Positions 39,801 through 51,026 of a stretch of 64,000 bases of DNA are shown here, piece after piece. The DNA comes from an uncultured Acidimicrobiia bacterium (GTDB taxonomy: Bacteria; Actinomycetota; Acidimicrobiia; Spongiisociales; UBA5794), in assembly GCA_963792895.1 (NCBI GenBank), contig CAWBYA010000002.1, positions 2,583-66,582 on the forward strand. The letters are read 5' to 3'. Each line of letters starts with the position of its first letter. Positions within the stretch are counted from its first letter, which is position 1. The notes under the pieces were generated by a model. That model did not search any database. It saw nothing but the letters and a program-made list of their open reading frames with translations, and was not told the origin of the DNA. The translations under genes and the position numbers were made by a program.

Positions 39801-42007
39801 CCTACCGCGGCCGCAGGCCCTGTGACGGCTCGGGCAAGCGAGAGCTCGGACGGCGTTGCCACCGACACCAGGCCACGTCCCAATGCCTCGCCGAAGGCGG
39901 CAAACTCGAGCGGCCGATCGTAGAAGTCCGCTCGCAGCGTCACGACGGCGCGAACCCGAGCGCGAGGATCCTCCACCAGGCAGGCCAGGAGATCGATGAA
40001 GCGTCTCCGCTCGCCGTCGTCGGCGGTCAGGGTGAAGAGCTCTTCGAACTGGTCGACGATCAGCAGCAGTTCGACCCCTGGCGGAAGGATCGCCTCGGCC
40101 AGCCCCACCGCGCAGCTGGGGGCATCACGGAGCATCCGCGGAATCTCAGACGCGCTTCGGGTGGCGACACCGAGAAGCGCCGCCTCCAGCTCAGCCATCG
40201 GGTCACGTCCCGGCGACAAGTCGACGATCAGCCAGCGATCCGAGCCTGGCACGGCTCCTCGCCGCAGCTCGGGTATGAGCCCGGCGCGAACCAGGCTCGA
40301 CTTGCCACACCCGGACGGGCCGACCACACCGACGAGGCGGTGGTGGGCCACTGCGGCCACCAACTCGGCCATCAGCTCGTCGCGCCCGAAGAAGTCGCCG
40401 GCGTCCGCCTCACTGAACGCTCGCAATCCCTTGTAGGGGTTGCGGGCAGCTGCGCTCGGCAGTGAACGTGGCGCCGTCCCGAGGGATTCGGCGAGCGCCG
40501 CCAAGAACGCTTCGGGCCCGTCATGTCGATCGTTCGGGCTCGCGGCCGTCGCCTTGGCGAGCACAGCATCCGCCGCATCGGAAACGCCACTGATACCCGA
40601 TGCGATCGATGGCAGCGGTTGTCCGGGGGCGGGTTCTCGGCCCGTGAGCACGAAGTAGGCGAGGACGCCAAGCGCGAACACGTCCGACGAGGGCGTCGGC
40701 GGCTCACCGCCGAGCTGCTCAGGGGACCGGAACGCAGGGGAAGGCGTCGGCGAAACCCCCGCCCCTCGCATCAGCGACAGGATGCCGAAGTCGGCGAGGT
40801 ACGGCCGGCCTTCGTCGTCCAGGAGGATGTTCTGCGGGGAGACGTCCCCGTGCACCACGCCATGGCGATGGGCGTAGGCGAGGCTGTCGGCGATTGTCGC
40901 AATCAAGGCGAGGCTCGCCTCGGGTTCGCGCGGGGACTTGCCCACATTCGATGCGAGGCTTCCGCCGCGCATCAGCGGCATGACGAGGTACGCCCCATCG
41001 GGGTCTCGCCAGAAGTCGAACAGCGGCACGATATTCGGATGCTCCAACGCAGCGAGCACTCGGGCCTCGGCCTCGAAGCCGAGCACGAATTGGGCGCGAT
41101 TCGAGAGGTCGGGTCGGATCACTTTGACCGCGACGTCGCGCCCAACGCCCGGCTGCACCGCTTGCCAGACTTCACCGAATGCCCCTGCGCCAAGCCGCTT
41201 GCGGAGCACGTAGCCCCGCAGGCGTCCGGGAGTCGGCACCCGATCGGGCCGCATGATCTCAGGGTCCTGCAGGAGGATGCGCTCTTCGATTGCTTGGATC
41301 TCGGCTGATGGCTCGATGCCGAGCTCGTCCCCCAGCCGCCGCCGCAGGTCCTGATAGGCGGCGAGGGCATCGGCTTGGCGACCGCAGCGGGCCAGGGCCA
41401 CCATGTACTGGGACCAGAGCCGTTCCCGCAAGGGGTGTTGCGCCGTCAAGGTCGCGAGTTCACCGACAATGATCTGGTGGTCGCCGATGGCGAGTGCAGC
41501 CTCGATCCGATCTTCCTGCGCTCGCTGTCGCAGCTGGTCGAGCCGGATGATCTCGAGCCGGGCGAACTCCTCGTCTGCGATATCGTCGAGCGGCGGACCG
41601 CGCCACAGCTCCATGGCCTCGTCGATGAGCGCATGGGCGCGCGCCGGGTCGGTGGAGAGCAGGTCGTGGGCCTCGGTGACCGTCCGCTCGAAACGAGTGG
41701 CGTCGATCTCGTCGGGATCGGCGAGCAGCACGTACCCGGGGGGTCGGGTGGCGATGACTCCATCCTGGCTCGATTGCCGGTCCGGATCGAGTGCATTGCG
41801 GAGTTTCCACATGTGGAATTGGAGCGAGCGTGGTCCGCCCTTCGGTGGGTTGTCGCCCCACACGAGTTCGACGAGTCGGTCGACCGAAACCACCCGTCCA
41901 GCGTTGAGGATGAGCAGGGCGAGAATCGCGCGTTGTCGGGTCGAACGGATCTCTACTGGTCCGTTGGTCATCCGCACCTGCAACGGGCCGAGGATCCCAA
42001 AGTCCAT
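36815..42007 (-). CDS. SARP(wHTH-BTAD)-Ser/Thr kinase-nSTAND1 NTPase-TM-WD40 multidomain protein (1730 aa)
   Basis: HPLRERLW; LGAGAFG, VAVK, HGDVSPQN, DFG; NPYKGLRAF, GPSGCGKSS, IVDQFEELF, EVAHEAL; poly-R plus TM helix; SPDG repeats. Confidence 0.92.
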   Translation of the reverse strand: MDFGILGPLQVRMTNGPVEIRSTRQRAILALLILNAGRVVSVDRLVELVWGDNPPKGGPRSLQFHMWKLRNALDPDRQSSQDGVIATRPPGYVLLADPDEIDATRFERTVTEAHDLLSTDPARAHALIDEAMELWRGPPLDDIADEEFARLEIIRLDQLRQRAQEDRIEAALAIGDHQIIVGELATLTAQHPLRERLWSQYMVALARCGRQADALAAYQDLRRRLGDELGIEPSAEIQAIEERILLQDPEIMRPDRVPTPGRLRGYVLRKRLGAGAFGEVWQAVQPGVGRDVAVKVIRPDLSNRAQFVLGFEAEARVLAALEHPNIVPLFDFWRDPDGAYLVMPLMRGGSLASNVGKSPREPEASLALIATIADSLAYAHRHGVVHGDVSPQNILLDDEGRPYLADFGILSLMRGAGVSPTPSPAFRSPEQLGGEPPTPSSDVFALGVLAYFVLTGREPAPGQPLPSIASGISGVSDAADAVLAKATAASPNDRHDGPEAFLAALAESLGTAPRSLPSAAARNPYKGLRAFSEADAGDFFGRDELMAELVAAVAHHRLVGVVGPSGCGKSSLVRAGLIPELRRGAVPGSDRWLIVDLSPGRDPMAELEAALLGVATRSASEIPRMLRDAPSCAVGLAEAILPPGVELLLIVDQFEELFTLTADDGERRRFIDLLACLVEDPRARVRAVVTLRADFYDRPLEFAAFGEALGRGLVSVATPSELSLARAVTGPAAAVGVGLEPGLETEIVRDVCDQPGGLPLMEYALTELFARRSGAEISCESYRAMGGVTSALGRRAETLFNGCEESGKEAIRQVLLRLVQVADDGSDTRRRVPIQELSGIGIEAPLVDEVLTSFGAHRLLTFDRDPKTRSPTVEVAHEALMSGWDRLRGWIEDRREDLVLHRRLAALAGEWLESGRQVGYLLSGGRLAHYEQFATTTDLALSDDERAYLDESRQQADNLRARRRRRRRAVLSGFAAAAVVASTLAVFALAQRTESNRNAAVARARELAASAIAVADTDPELSLLLALESSRGGDPIVESVNALHRAILGQRAQLRMPPADWLFGSNWAALTPDGSAYVASDRVNQKMQVRNAATGELIWDVDAPRGGYEGVVLPGAFAPGGTEIVFHADRAEPANLFSLDTENGVLESIPFDWTCEVASIVKDGSGRIDTVHPIVVAYVPEGFAEAPLTLPATCTDTRLVVLRIDREKGETRQLAEYDAQGVSDPTSASWTTSRDGHLMALSIDARATVVDLTTGESRAYGPEGSSDDIIVLSPDGSLLASLGPNRNWVWSVTTDTLLWGVSERLQDAWFSVDGRYLIGSHNGGPTRIWVAATGEELTVLDGPYVTLLSDDGLVALSYRDWDSPRTTEPGVSIWNAGANGEVGAFNLPRESRYTLNDIEIAGGRFVVRYGALDIGGPVGVYDIATGEEVYRIPAGAGDDIALSPDGRYAAVQEQLGAGRLIGSVRIYDTLTDRSVLMQGLCTWDEGSGTGTGCGEFPDAPFPAFVTELHFSADGSQLIGGMWEVDRGYPMLVWDAATGEVIHRSPPLMLAGRITMSPDRSRVLVLDHGWDLTALETVGWTEVGTAQVDWVHEEKVFTPDGRHLVINSGDGLSIADAGSFETIREADGIGAERLLAVDPSGTLIASGHDSGIVKVYSFETLNVLQQIHIGEPIRNLAWLNDHHLLVIPISGPGIVVTTDVEELLEVADSRVTRTFTASECAAYGIDPCPFG

Positions 42008-42799
42008 GACACCGTCCCTCTGACTTCATCGTGATGACTGATCGAGGCCTCAGCCAGACACCGAAGGTCCCCAATTCCCTCACGGATCTCGAGTGCGGAG
42101 CGGGTGGTGTCCTCACCCTCGCCGACAGGCTCAGCTGCTCGCACCGACGCCACGCCAGTGCGTCGTCGAGGAGACGTGATGCACGAACTCGGCGGTCGTG
42201 ACGGGTGCGGTCGGCTTCCTGTGCCGGGGACCGATTCCGGCGACGACGTCCCCCCGGTGCGGCCGCTACGACGGCCGAAGCCAGCTGGATCGGCGCCTGG
42301 CCGGCGACGTGGCTCAGGACTCCTTGGCGCCGGATCCGGAGCCCGCCGCCGGCTTCGGTTTCGGCTTCGGTTTCGACGACCCTGACCCGGTTGAGCCGGT
42401 TTCGCCTCCAGAGGTCTCCGGCGCACGAGTGCCGCTGCGACCTCCGGGCTCACCGATGCCTCGGTAGACGTTGGGTTGGCTCTTGCTCAGCTTCTGGTGT
42501 CGAGGGCATGCGGATACTGGGCCATCTCGCCACTCGCCCTTGCAGAAGTGACTCGTCGGCATTGCTGGCTCTCCTCCTCCGTCGCCGTTGCGGTATTCAA
42601 CCACGCCCGATCCGCGCACCTTCGCACAGGGGCGGGCGTGACGCGAAGCGGCGCTCGGCATCGCCGTTTTCGCACCTCCGAGGTGTTCGAGCGCGACAAC
42701 TCGAGACGTGATCGAGATCCACGTACACGGAGATTGTGCTAAAACAGGTCCATCGCCTGGAGTTTCTTCGAACCGGGCCCTATTGGGAGGGGGATTCCC

Positions 42800-44596
42800 A
42801 TGTCAACACCCGCTGGGTACACCGCGCTTGGCGGCGCACGACCAGGAAGGCGACGTCGCCTTCTTGCGCTCGTAGCCGCCTTTGCGATCGCCATGACGTC
42901 GCTTGCGCTCTTGGCGCAACCGGCAACCGCTGCGAAACCGAATCCACGAGGGCAGCTGGTGGATCTCCAACTGCTCGCCTTCAACGACTACCACGGTCAT
43001 CTCGAGGCGAGCACGCCCGGCACCGTCGCAGACGTCCCCGCCGGAGGCGCCGAATACCTCGCCGCCCTGCTGCGGAAGCTCGAGCGGGGCAACCGGCGCA
43101 CCCTCATCGTGGCTGCCGGTGATCTGATCGGCGGCTCACCGGCGTTCTCCGGTCTCTTCCACGACGAACCGTCCGTGGAGTCGCTCAACGCAATGGGCCT
43201 CGATGTGTCTGGCGTCGGCAACCACGAGTTCGACGAAGGCATCACCGAACTGCTCCGTATGCAAGACGGTGGATGCCACCCCGTCGACGGCTGCTATTTC
43301 CCGGATGAGCCGTACGCAGGTGCCGACTTCCAGTGGCTCGCGGCCAACGTCGTCAACGAACAGACAGGGGAGACACCCCTGCCGCCCTACTGGATCAAGA
43401 AGGTCGGGACGGTCCCCGTCGCCTTCATCGGCATGACGCTCGAGGCAACCGACACCCTGGTCGCCGCCTCCGGGATCCAGGGATGGGACTTCCTCGACGA
43501 GGCCGAGACCGCAAATGCGCTCGTGCCGATCCTGAAGGCGCAAGGTGTGGAGACCATCGTCGTGCTGCTGCACGAGGGTGGCTCGCAGACGCCCCCTCCA
43601 GGTGACGTCAACGCATGCGTAGGAATCACGGGGCCCATCGTCGCCATCAACAGCGCACTTGATCCGGAAATCGACGCAGTGATCACAGGCCACACGCATC
43701 TGCCCTACAACTGTGTGCTGCCGGACCCGGACGGCCATCCCCGCATAGTCACGAGTGCCTACTCGTTCGGGCGGGTCGTCTCGGAGATCCACCTCATCCT
43801 CGACACGCGCACTGGGGACGTGCGGCGCAATCTCAGCTCCGCCACCAACCACGTCGTGGATCAGACAGCCTTGCGTGCCGACGGGACGCAAACGGCGATC
43901 ATCGAGAAGTGGCAACCGCTGTTCGATGAGGCTGGAAACGATCCCGTCGGGACCATCACTGCCGACATCAATCGTGGCGGCGATCCGCCGGGTGACGATC
44001 GCGGCGTCGAGTCCGCGGCTGGCAACCTGGTTGCGGATGCCCAGCTGTGGGCAACCTCATCCAGCTTCGCGGACGTTGCCTTCATGAACCCAGGCGGTGT
44101 TCGGTCGGACCTGACCTATGCCGAGTCGGATGAAGAAGGCGACGGCGTCGTCACGTTCGGCGAGGCGTTCACGTTCCAGCCGTTCGGCAACACGCTGCTC
44201 ACGATGGAGATGACTGGGGATCAGATCATCTCGGTGCTCGAGGAGCAGTGCCAGCCCGCCGGTTCGAGCCGTCCGTTCCTGCATCTCGGCGTGTCGGAGG
44301 GCTTCACCTACGACCTCGCCAAGAGCTTCTCGGTCGATGCTGACGGCGTCACGAACTGCGACTCGGTGACGATCAGCAACGTGCAGCTGAACGGGGAAGA
44401 TCTTGACCCGGCAGGCACGTACAACGTGACCGTGAACAACTTCCTCGCAGACGGCGGGGACAACTTCGGCACCCTTGCCGAGGTCACGAGCCCGAGGCTG
44501 GACGGCGGTAACGATCTGACGGCCCTCATCGGCTACCTCGGAGCGTTCAGCCCGGTGTCGCCCCCGAGCACCGATCGAGTCAACGAACTCGACTGA
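42800..44596 (+). CDS. Secreted bifunctional metallophosphatase/5'-nucleotidase
   Basis: NDYHG, AGD, GNHEFD, GHTH, NPGGVR and QPFGN. Confidence 0.93.
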   Translation: MSTPAGYTALGGARPGRRRRLLALVAAFAIAMTSLALLAQPATAAKPNPRGQLVDLQLLAFNDYHGHLEASTPGTVADVPAGGAEYLAALLRKLERGNRRTLIVAAGDLIGGSPAFSGLFHDEPSVESLNAMGLDVSGVGNHEFDEGITELLRMQDGGCHPVDGCYFPDEPYAGADFQWLAANVVNEQTGETPLPPYWIKKVGTVPVAFIGMTLEATDTLVAASGIQGWDFLDEAETANALVPILKAQGVETIVVLLHEGGSQTPPPGDVNACVGITGPIVAINSALDPEIDAVITGHTHLPYNCVLPDPDGHPRIVTSAYSFGRVVSEIHLILDTRTGDVRRNLSSATNHVVDQTALRADGTQTAIIEKWQPLFDEAGNDPVGTITADINRGGDPPGDDRGVESAAGNLVADAQLWATSSSFADVAFMNPGGVRSDLTYAESDEEGDGVVTFGEAFTFQPFGNTLLTMEMTGDQIISVLEEQCQPAGSSRPFLHLGVSEGFTYDLAKSFSVDADGVTNCDSVTISNVQLNGEDLDPAGTYNVTVNNFLADGGDNFGTLAEVTSPRLDGGNDLTALIGYLGAFSPVSPPSTDRVNELD

Positions 44597-44614
44597 CCGA
44601 ATCCGATGGCTGCC

Positions 44615-44641
44615 GGGCCCGACCCCTCGCGGGTCGGGCCC
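44615..44641. terminator. GC-rich hairpin between convergent genes
   Basis: GGGCCCGACCC-CTCGC-GGGTCGGGCCC. Confidence 0.7.
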
Positions 44642-44704
44642 AGCGTCGTATCGGCACGGACTCGAGTCCGCGCCCTCAGCAGGCGGGCGGGACGGACGTC
44701 CGCG

Positions 44705-45001
44705 TCATTTGCTGCGTCGTGAGCCCCCAAAGCCCCCGCCGAAGAGAATGCCCGCTCCGAGCACGAAGCCGAAGTCGTACCAGTTCCCGTTGTTGTGCAC
44801 CTCGTAGAGGCTGACGTTGTCGGTGAACAGCGAGATGACGAACGTGACGGGAGAGATGATCCCCTGCCACAAGCCAAGCCAGAAGCCGGCCACGGCGGCG
44901 TCCGGTGCCGCCACTCCGACCTCGGGGTTCGCTCCCGCAGCACAGGCGGCCAGGACGAGTGTCACCACCACCAGGACCACGGCGACTCTCACGCGTCTCA
45001 C
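44705..45001 (-). CDS. Small conserved membrane lipoprotein
   Basis: GGAGG RBS; LAAC lipobox; GFWLGLWQG..YEVHNNGNWYDFGF. Confidence 0.75.
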   Translation of the reverse strand: MRRVRVAVVLVVVTLVLAACAAGANPEVGVAAPDAAVAGFWLGLWQGIISPVTFVISLFTDNVSLYEVHNNGNWYDFGFVLGAGILFGGGFGGSRRSK

Positions 45002-45258
45002 TATGACCTCCCGTCTGTGGCGGACACGTTCACGATGCCTGGGAGACAGGTGATCCGTCTCGGGCCGTCGGTCACCGGCACCGCGCCGGGCGGACGCATG
45101 TGCCAGGCCGCATGTGAGCGTATCGGGTCGATGACCACACCGCAGCCGGAGATGGTTCGGTCGGCCCATGCCCCTGAACGCCGCCGGTCGGTAGCGTTGG
45201 CCGGAGCAGGTAGGCAACCCCCGCCCTTTCTGGCCAGAGGGCACTCCGGAGCATCCTC

Positions 45259-47741
45259 ATGCTCGGCACCTCGAGTCGCGACGTTCTCGGCTTCCGCCGC
45301 CACCTCGGCGCGCTCCGGATCGCAGTGGCGGCAGTCGCGCTCGGTGTGGTCGGCACTGCTTGCAGTGCGGGTACGACCGTGCAGCCTTTGCCTGCTGGTG
45401 CGACGCCGGGGCCGACTGTCCCTCCGCTCGCGGCCGACTACCTACGCCCCTCAGTGCCGGTCACGCTGACGCTCTATGACGAATCCGGGACCCCGATCTC
45501 CGGTGCACGAGCGATGCTCGGCGACGCGGCCGTCGTGGCCGAAATCCGACGGCACGATCATCTTGGCGGTGGACCAACCCGTACTGGCGATCGTCGAAGC
45601 CGAGGGCTACCTCCCGGAGCCGATCGTCGTCACCCCCGAGATGGGCCCGGAGATCGGCATTCGTCTCTTCGGCCGCACCGCAGCCGACGGAACCGAGAGG
45701 GTCGCGCTCCATTTCGGGGGCGATTTCATGATGGGCCGCCGCTACCTCGACTCGCTCGGCGGCACCGCTCGCGTGGTCGACGGTGACGGCGGCGCCAGCG
45801 CCCGACAGGTCGTTGCCGCCGTTGCTCCGCTCTTCGCTGCCGCAGATATCTCGAGCGTCAACTTCGAGTCGGTGATCGGTGACCTCCCAGAAGACGCCGC
45901 CTATCCGGGAAAGCGCTTCCTGCTGCAGTCGCCGCCCGTCGCCGTCGCTGCGCTCGACGAGCTCGGGGTCGACGTCGCCACCTTGGGCAACAACCACATC
46001 AACGACTGGCAGGCCGATGGTCTCGCATCAACAGTTGCCGCACTCGCCGTCAGCCCAGATTGCAGCTCCGGGCGCCGGCCTCGATGACGAAGAGGCCCGG
46101 CGGCCTGCGCTGCTCCGCGCAGGCGGGATCGACGTCGGGTTTCTCTCCTACACCACGGTGACGGGAGATTTCGTCAACGACAGCCTGCCGGTCTCGGGCG
46201 ACCCCATTCCGGCCGGCGTGGCCTCTTCCGAGGAATGGCAGTACGAAGCTCGGCCCTTCCGCTTCGTAGCGGGTGACGGCGCCGAGCCGCTGGACGCCGG
46301 AGCGTATCGAGCGGGCGACGCGTGGCGCGCCTACTCCTCAGCGGAACCCGACCTCACGGACGCCGTGCGGGACGAGCTCTGGAGGGCCTTGACGGTCGCA
46401 GATGCGTTTCCGGAACTGCAGGACTGGGTGGCCCGTCGCGGCCACGGGGGTGCTGCGCTCTTCCGGTCGGGCAGTGTCGCCGAGGACGTTGCGGCGCTTC
46501 GCAACCAAGGGGCCGACCTCGTCGTCGTCCAGATCCACGGGGGATTCCAATTCGCCGAGGTCGCATCGGAGTTCTTCGCCCGGGCGGCCAGGGCTTCCGT
46601 GGATGCCGGCGCCGACCTCGTCGTTGGCCACCATCCCCACGTGCTCCAGGGGGCCGAGTGGTACAACGACACGTTGATCGCGCACAGCCTGGGCAACTTC
46701 GTCTTCGATCAGGATTTCCTTGCCACGTTCCCGAGCGTCGTCCTGCGGACGGTATTCGAAGCGGACCAACTGCTGGAGGCCAAGCTCTACCCGGTGGTTC
46801 TCGATCAGTACCGGCCGGAGCCTGCGAGCGGTGACGCCGGACGTCGGATCCTGCGCATGGTCGCAGAGCGGTCCGCGGCGGATGCAGCGACCGTTCGCCT
46901 CCCAGACGCTTCCATCGGCGTCATACCGGAATCGCCACCGCCTGGCGTGGTGCGGGCCGGTCTCATCGTCGAGAACGGAGCGGCAACCATCGTCGCGGCC
47001 GGCATCCCCGCCACGAGCATCCTCCCTTCGAACGACCCCGATGGGATCACCATGATCAGCGGCGACGGGCTGGTCGAGGTTCCCGACGATCCCGAGGTGC
47101 TCATCGGGCGGGATCTGTTCGGCTGGGGTTCGTTCGAGGACGTCGAGGCCGATGCGCAACGCGCAGGCGGCGTCCAGTGGTCTCTCGCTGCCGACGGGCC
47201 CGTGCAGGTGAGGACGGCGGAGCGTGCCCCCTCAGGCAACTCCTACCTCGAGTTCGACGCCCGCGCCCCCGCCGGCAATCTCCTGGCACGACCCGTGGCT
47301 CGTGTCGTCCCGAGCCTGCATCGCCGTTACGACGACAATGGCCTGCCACTCGACGCTGCGGCGGAGTTCTCGATCATCGCAACGGTCAGGGTCGAGGGAG
47401 AGGGGCAACCTTTCATTCGTCTGGACGGCTACAGGTTCGTCGACACAGATCCGACGCGGGACCCGGAGTCGACTCTCCTCATGCGCCTCCAGCTCGCGCT
47501 CGATGTTGCCCCGGACGGGGAATGGCATCGCGTGGTCGTCGACTTGCCCGCCGATGTGCTCCAGCAGGGCGCCGGAGCGGTGAACTCGATCATGTTCTAC
47601 CTCGGCGTCGCAGAAGCCACGACCCGTTCGGCGATTGTTGGTGTCGATGACCTGGCATTCGTGGAGTGGCGAGCGGCGGCATCGTGGGTTCCCGGCACTC
47701 CGATCGCAGCCGACTTCCTCCGCACCTCACCGCTCGGCTGA
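45259..47741 (+). CDS. CapA/PGA_cap family metallophosphatase-like lipoprotein; two frameshifts
   Basis: GGDFMMGR, VNFE, LGNNHIND, VQIHGG, GHHPHVLQG and SLGNFVFDQ. Confidence 0.82.
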
Positions 47742-47903
47742 GATTCCTCCGCCGGCAGGTCAGAGCACTTCGACGTTCTGCACGGGGGCTCAACCTCGAT
47801 GGTCTCGTGCCTTGTGCCCGTCTCTCGGGGGACCTTCGGCCCGAGGACGCGGCAACCGAGATCATTAGTCTCGCCATAAAACAAGCGTCCGGATTCCACA
47901 GCC

Positions 47904-48587
47904 ATGCCAGAACACTCGTCCGCCGTTGCCCAGCCGGCCACCTCCGAGTCTGAGGAGATGTACCTCATCACGACGGCGCGTGCCATCGAGGAAGGCGTTC
48001 GTGAGCCCGTTCCGGTGTCGCGCATCGCTGCAGACCTCGGTGTGTCTGCGGTGTCGGCCAACCAGATGATCCGGAAGCTCGAAGCACGCGGGCTCATGCA
48101 GTACGAGCCCTACAAGGGTGCGTCGCTCACCGAGGACGGACGGCGCATCGCCTTGTCGATTCTCCGCAGGCGGCGCTTGTGGGGCGTCTTCCTCTTCGAC
48201 CACCTCGGCTTGTCGGCGGCGCGTGCAGACGAGGTCGCATGCGACATGGAGCACATCACTCCCGATGACGTCGCCGATCTCCTCAACGAGTACCTCGGCG
48301 ACCCGGCGGTTGGGCCCAACGGCCGGCCCATTCCTCACGACGGCTCGATGCCCCGGCCGGCTGCGCACCCGCTCGCCGAGAGCCACGTCGGCGTCCCGCT
48401 CGTCGTGTCTGCGGTCACGGCCCCCGAGACGGCGGCAGCGTACCTGCGCGACCAGGGAGTCGTCGCAGGTGCTCGCGTCGAACTCGTCGCCATAGCAGCA
48501 GACGGATCAGCGTTGCTGTCTGCCGCCGCAGCCAGCATTCGCCTCACGGCCGCTGCCGCCGCCTGGGTGCTCGTGGAGGCCACGTGA
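47904..48587 (+). CDS. DtxR/MntR metal-dependent repressor with FeoA domain
   Basis: EEMYL, YEPYKGASLT, RRRRLW..FL and ACDMEH. Confidence 0.9.
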   Translation: MPEHSSAVAQPATSESEEMYLITTARAIEEGVREPVPVSRIAADLGVSAVSANQMIRKLEARGLMQYEPYKGASLTEDGRRIALSILRRRRLWGVFLFDHLGLSAARADEVACDMEHITPDDVADLLNEYLGDPAVGPNGRPIPHDGSMPRPAAHPLAESHVGVPLVVSAVTAPETAAAYLRDQGVVAGARVELVAIAADGSALLSAAAASIRLTAAAAAWVLVEAT

Positions 48588-48826
48588 GCTTGCCCGCAAC
48601 GCTGGCGGACCTGCCCGTGGGGTCGAGCGCCGTCGTCGTGGGATACGTGGATGGCGCCGCCGTCGGGCGGCGCTTCCTCGACATGGGCCTCGTCCCAGGG
48701 ACGCGCGTCACCCATCTGCGGTCCGCCCCGCTCGGGGATCCGGGCGCATACGCCGTTCGTAGCGCCCGACTGGCAGTTCGCACCCGCGATGCCGCCTGCG
48801 TTCTCGTCGAGGTGGTCGGAGGATGA
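48584..48826 (+). CDS. feoA: Ferrous iron transport protein A
   Basis: [17 protein letters not shown]. Confidence 0.9.
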   Translation: MSLPATLADLPVGSSAVVVGYVDGAAVGRRFLDMGLVPGTRVTHLRSAPLGDPGAYAVRSARLAVRTRDAACVLVEVVGG

Positions 48827-49329
48827 CTTCCGTGGTTGCGCTCGCCGGCAATCCGAACACCGGCAAGTCGTCGATCTTCAATGCGCTGACCGGCTCACAC
48901 CAGCACGTCGGCAACTGGCCCGGCAAGACGGTGGCCAAGCACGAAGGGCTGCTTCGGATCAACGGCGAGGAGTATCGCGTCGTCGATCTCCCCGGCACCT
49001 ACAGCCTGCATACGATCTCACCGGAAGAAGCGATTGCTCGGGACTACCTCGTGTCCCGCCAGGCGGGCGTGGTCATCATCGTCCTCGATGCGGCAAACCT
49101 CGAGCGCAATCTCTACCTGGCAACCCAGATTCTCGAGATGGGCTGTCCCTCGGTCGTAGCGTTGAACATGGTGGACGTGGCTGCCCGGCGTGGAGAACGC
49201 ATCGACGTTGCGTGTCTTGCCGCTCGACTCGGCGCCCCCGTTGTCACCACCGTCGCACGCACCGGAGAGGGAATCGACGGGCTCGGAGCAGCGATCGTGA
49301 GGGCTCGTGGTGCGGAGCCGGCGGCATGA
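48823..49329 (+). CDS. feoB: FeoB GTPase domain (stand-alone)
   Basis: [24 protein letters not shown] and NMVD. Confidence 0.9.
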   Translation: MTSVVALAGNPNTGKSSIFNALTGSHQHVGNWPGKTVAKHEGLLRINGEEYRVVDLPGTYSLHTISPEEAIARDYLVSRQAGVVIIVLDAANLERNLYLATQILEMGCPSVVALNMVDVAARRGERIDVACLAARLGAPVVTTVARTGEGIDGLGAAIVRARGAEPAA

Positions 49330-51026
49330 GCCTGCTCCGCATCGACTACGGGCCGGTTGAAGCAGCCATTGCCGGCGTCGAGGAGGCCATCGACAGCATC
49401 CCTGCGGTCTCCACACGTCTTCCCAAGCGCTGGCTCGCCGTTGCGCTGGTCGACGGTGACGAGGCAGCGGCCGCGCTGGTGCGGCAGCATCCGGGTGGGG
49501 CGGCGGTCGTTGATGCCGCGGACGCGGCACGCCGGCGTCTCTGCGACGAGCTCGGGCCGAGCTCGGTGACGGCCATTGCGGCCGCCCGCTACGACTGGAT
49601 CAACTGCGTTGTTGCCGAAGTGGTGGAGCGGCCCGGCGGCGACACCCGCACGCTCACCGACAGGATCGACGCCGTGGCCACGAACCGCTGGCTTGGAATC
49701 CCGATCTTCCTCGCTGCCATGTGGGTGGTCTTCAAGCTCACCACGGACGTAGCGGCGGTGTTCATGGGCTGGATCGGTGAGGCTGCCGCAGGGCCCGTCG
49801 CCAACTTTGCTGCACGACTGCTCGGGGTCGTCGGGCTCAGCGGCTCATGGGTCGAGTCACTCGTTGTCGACGGCGTGATCGCAGGTGTCGGTGCGGTGCT
49901 CTCCTTCATCCCGATCCTGTTGCTGCTCTTCGTTGCGCTGGCCGTTCTCGAGGACACCGGATACATGGCCCGCGCCGCCTTCGTCATGGACAGGGTCATG
50001 GGAGGTGTCGGTCTCCCAGGCAAGGCCTTCCTCCCGATGCTCGTCGGCTTTGGGTGCACCGTGCCCGCCATCTACGCGACGCGCACCCTCGAGCACCGGC
50101 GCGATCGCGTGCTCACCGGGCTGCTCGTCCCCTTCATGAGTTGCGGCGCCCGCCTGCCCGTGTACGTGTTGATGGCTTCGGCGTTCTTCGCGACTTCCGC
50201 CGGTACAGCCGTGTTCCTCATGTACCTGCTCGGGATCGTCGTTGCGCTCATCGTCGGTGCGATCCTGCGCCGCACCGTGCTCCGCGGCGAGCCGTCGCCG
50301 CCGGCGATCATGGAACTGCCGCCGTACCGGATGCCAACCCGGCGTTCCATGGGGCTCCACACCTGGGGACGGATGAAGGCCTTCCTCCGCGACGCCGGCT
50401 CGATCATCCTCGTCGCAAGCGTCGTGGTGTGGGCCCTCATGGCGATCCCGGTCAGCGGAGCCGGGCGGTTCGCCGACACCGAGGTCGACGACTCGGCATT
50501 TGCGGCGGCTGCCGGCGCCGTGGCGCCGGCGCTCGGTCCCCTCGGCTTGGGGAGCTGGGAGGCGGCCGGCTCACTCATGAGCGGATTCGTTGCCAAGGAA
50601 GTGGTCGTGGGCACGCTGGGTCAGGTCTACGGAGTCGACGACTCCGGTGTCGCTCCGGATGCACCTGCCGGCACACCTCTCGACGATGTTGCGGCCGTCG
50701 CGCACGGTTTCGGCGGCGCCGTTGCCGGAACGCTGCCCCGCGCCGTGGGGGCAGACCCGACTCGTGACCAAGGAGATGTCGCCTCGGCAGGGCTCGCCGG
50801 TCGCATCCAGGCCGAGTTCGCAGCGAGCAGCGGGGGACACGGTGCTCTCGCAGGAGCCGCGTTCATGGTCTTCGTGCTCCTCTACACGCCATGTATCGCG
50901 GCGGCGGGGGCATCGCGTCGTGAATTGGGTGCACGATGGATGGGGCTGAGCATCGTGGGGCAGACCACCCTCGCATGGGTGATGGCTGCGCTCGTGTTTC
51001 AGGTCGGCAGGGCGGTTGGCTTGTGA
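49326..51026 (+). CDS. feoB: FeoB GDI and membrane domain
   Basis: [39 protein letters not shown] and LYTPC. Confidence 0.92.
   Translation: MSLLRIDYGPVEAAIAGVEEAIDSIPAVSTRLPKRWLAVALVDGDEAAAALVRQHPGGAAVVDAADAARRRLCDELGPSSVTAIAAARYDWINCVVAEVVERPGGDTRTLTDRIDAVATNRWLGIPIFLAAMWVVFKLTTDVAAVFMGWIGEAAAGPVANFAARLLGVVGLSGSWVESLVVDGVIAGVGAVLSFIPILLLLFVALAVLEDTGYMARAAFVMDRVMGGVGLPGKAFLPMLVGFGCTVPAIYATRTLEHRRDRVLTGLLVPFMSCGARLPVYVLMASAFFATSAGTAVFLMYLLGIVVALIVGAILRRTVLRGEPSPPAIMELPPYRMPTRRSMGLHTWGRMKAFLRDAGSIILVASVVVWALMAIPVSGAGRFADTEVDDSAFAAAAGAVAPALGPLGLGSWEAAGSLMSGFVAKEVVVGTLGQVYGVDDSGVAPDAPAGTPLDDVAAVAHGFGGAVAGTLPRAVGADPTRDQGDVASAGLAGRIQAEFAASSGGHGALAGAAFMVFVLLYTPCIAAAGASRRELGARWMGLSIVGQTTLAWVMAALVFQVGRAVGL

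Noticed and set aside
42314-42661. Pro/Gly/Lys-rich ORF with KPKPKP
   Set aside because: Low complexity with no recognisable domain or RBS; cannot be supported as a gene.
48823-49329. feoB split as a sequencing frameshift
   Set aside because: A clean ATGA stop/start overlap at the domain boundary favours a real split, though this is not proven.
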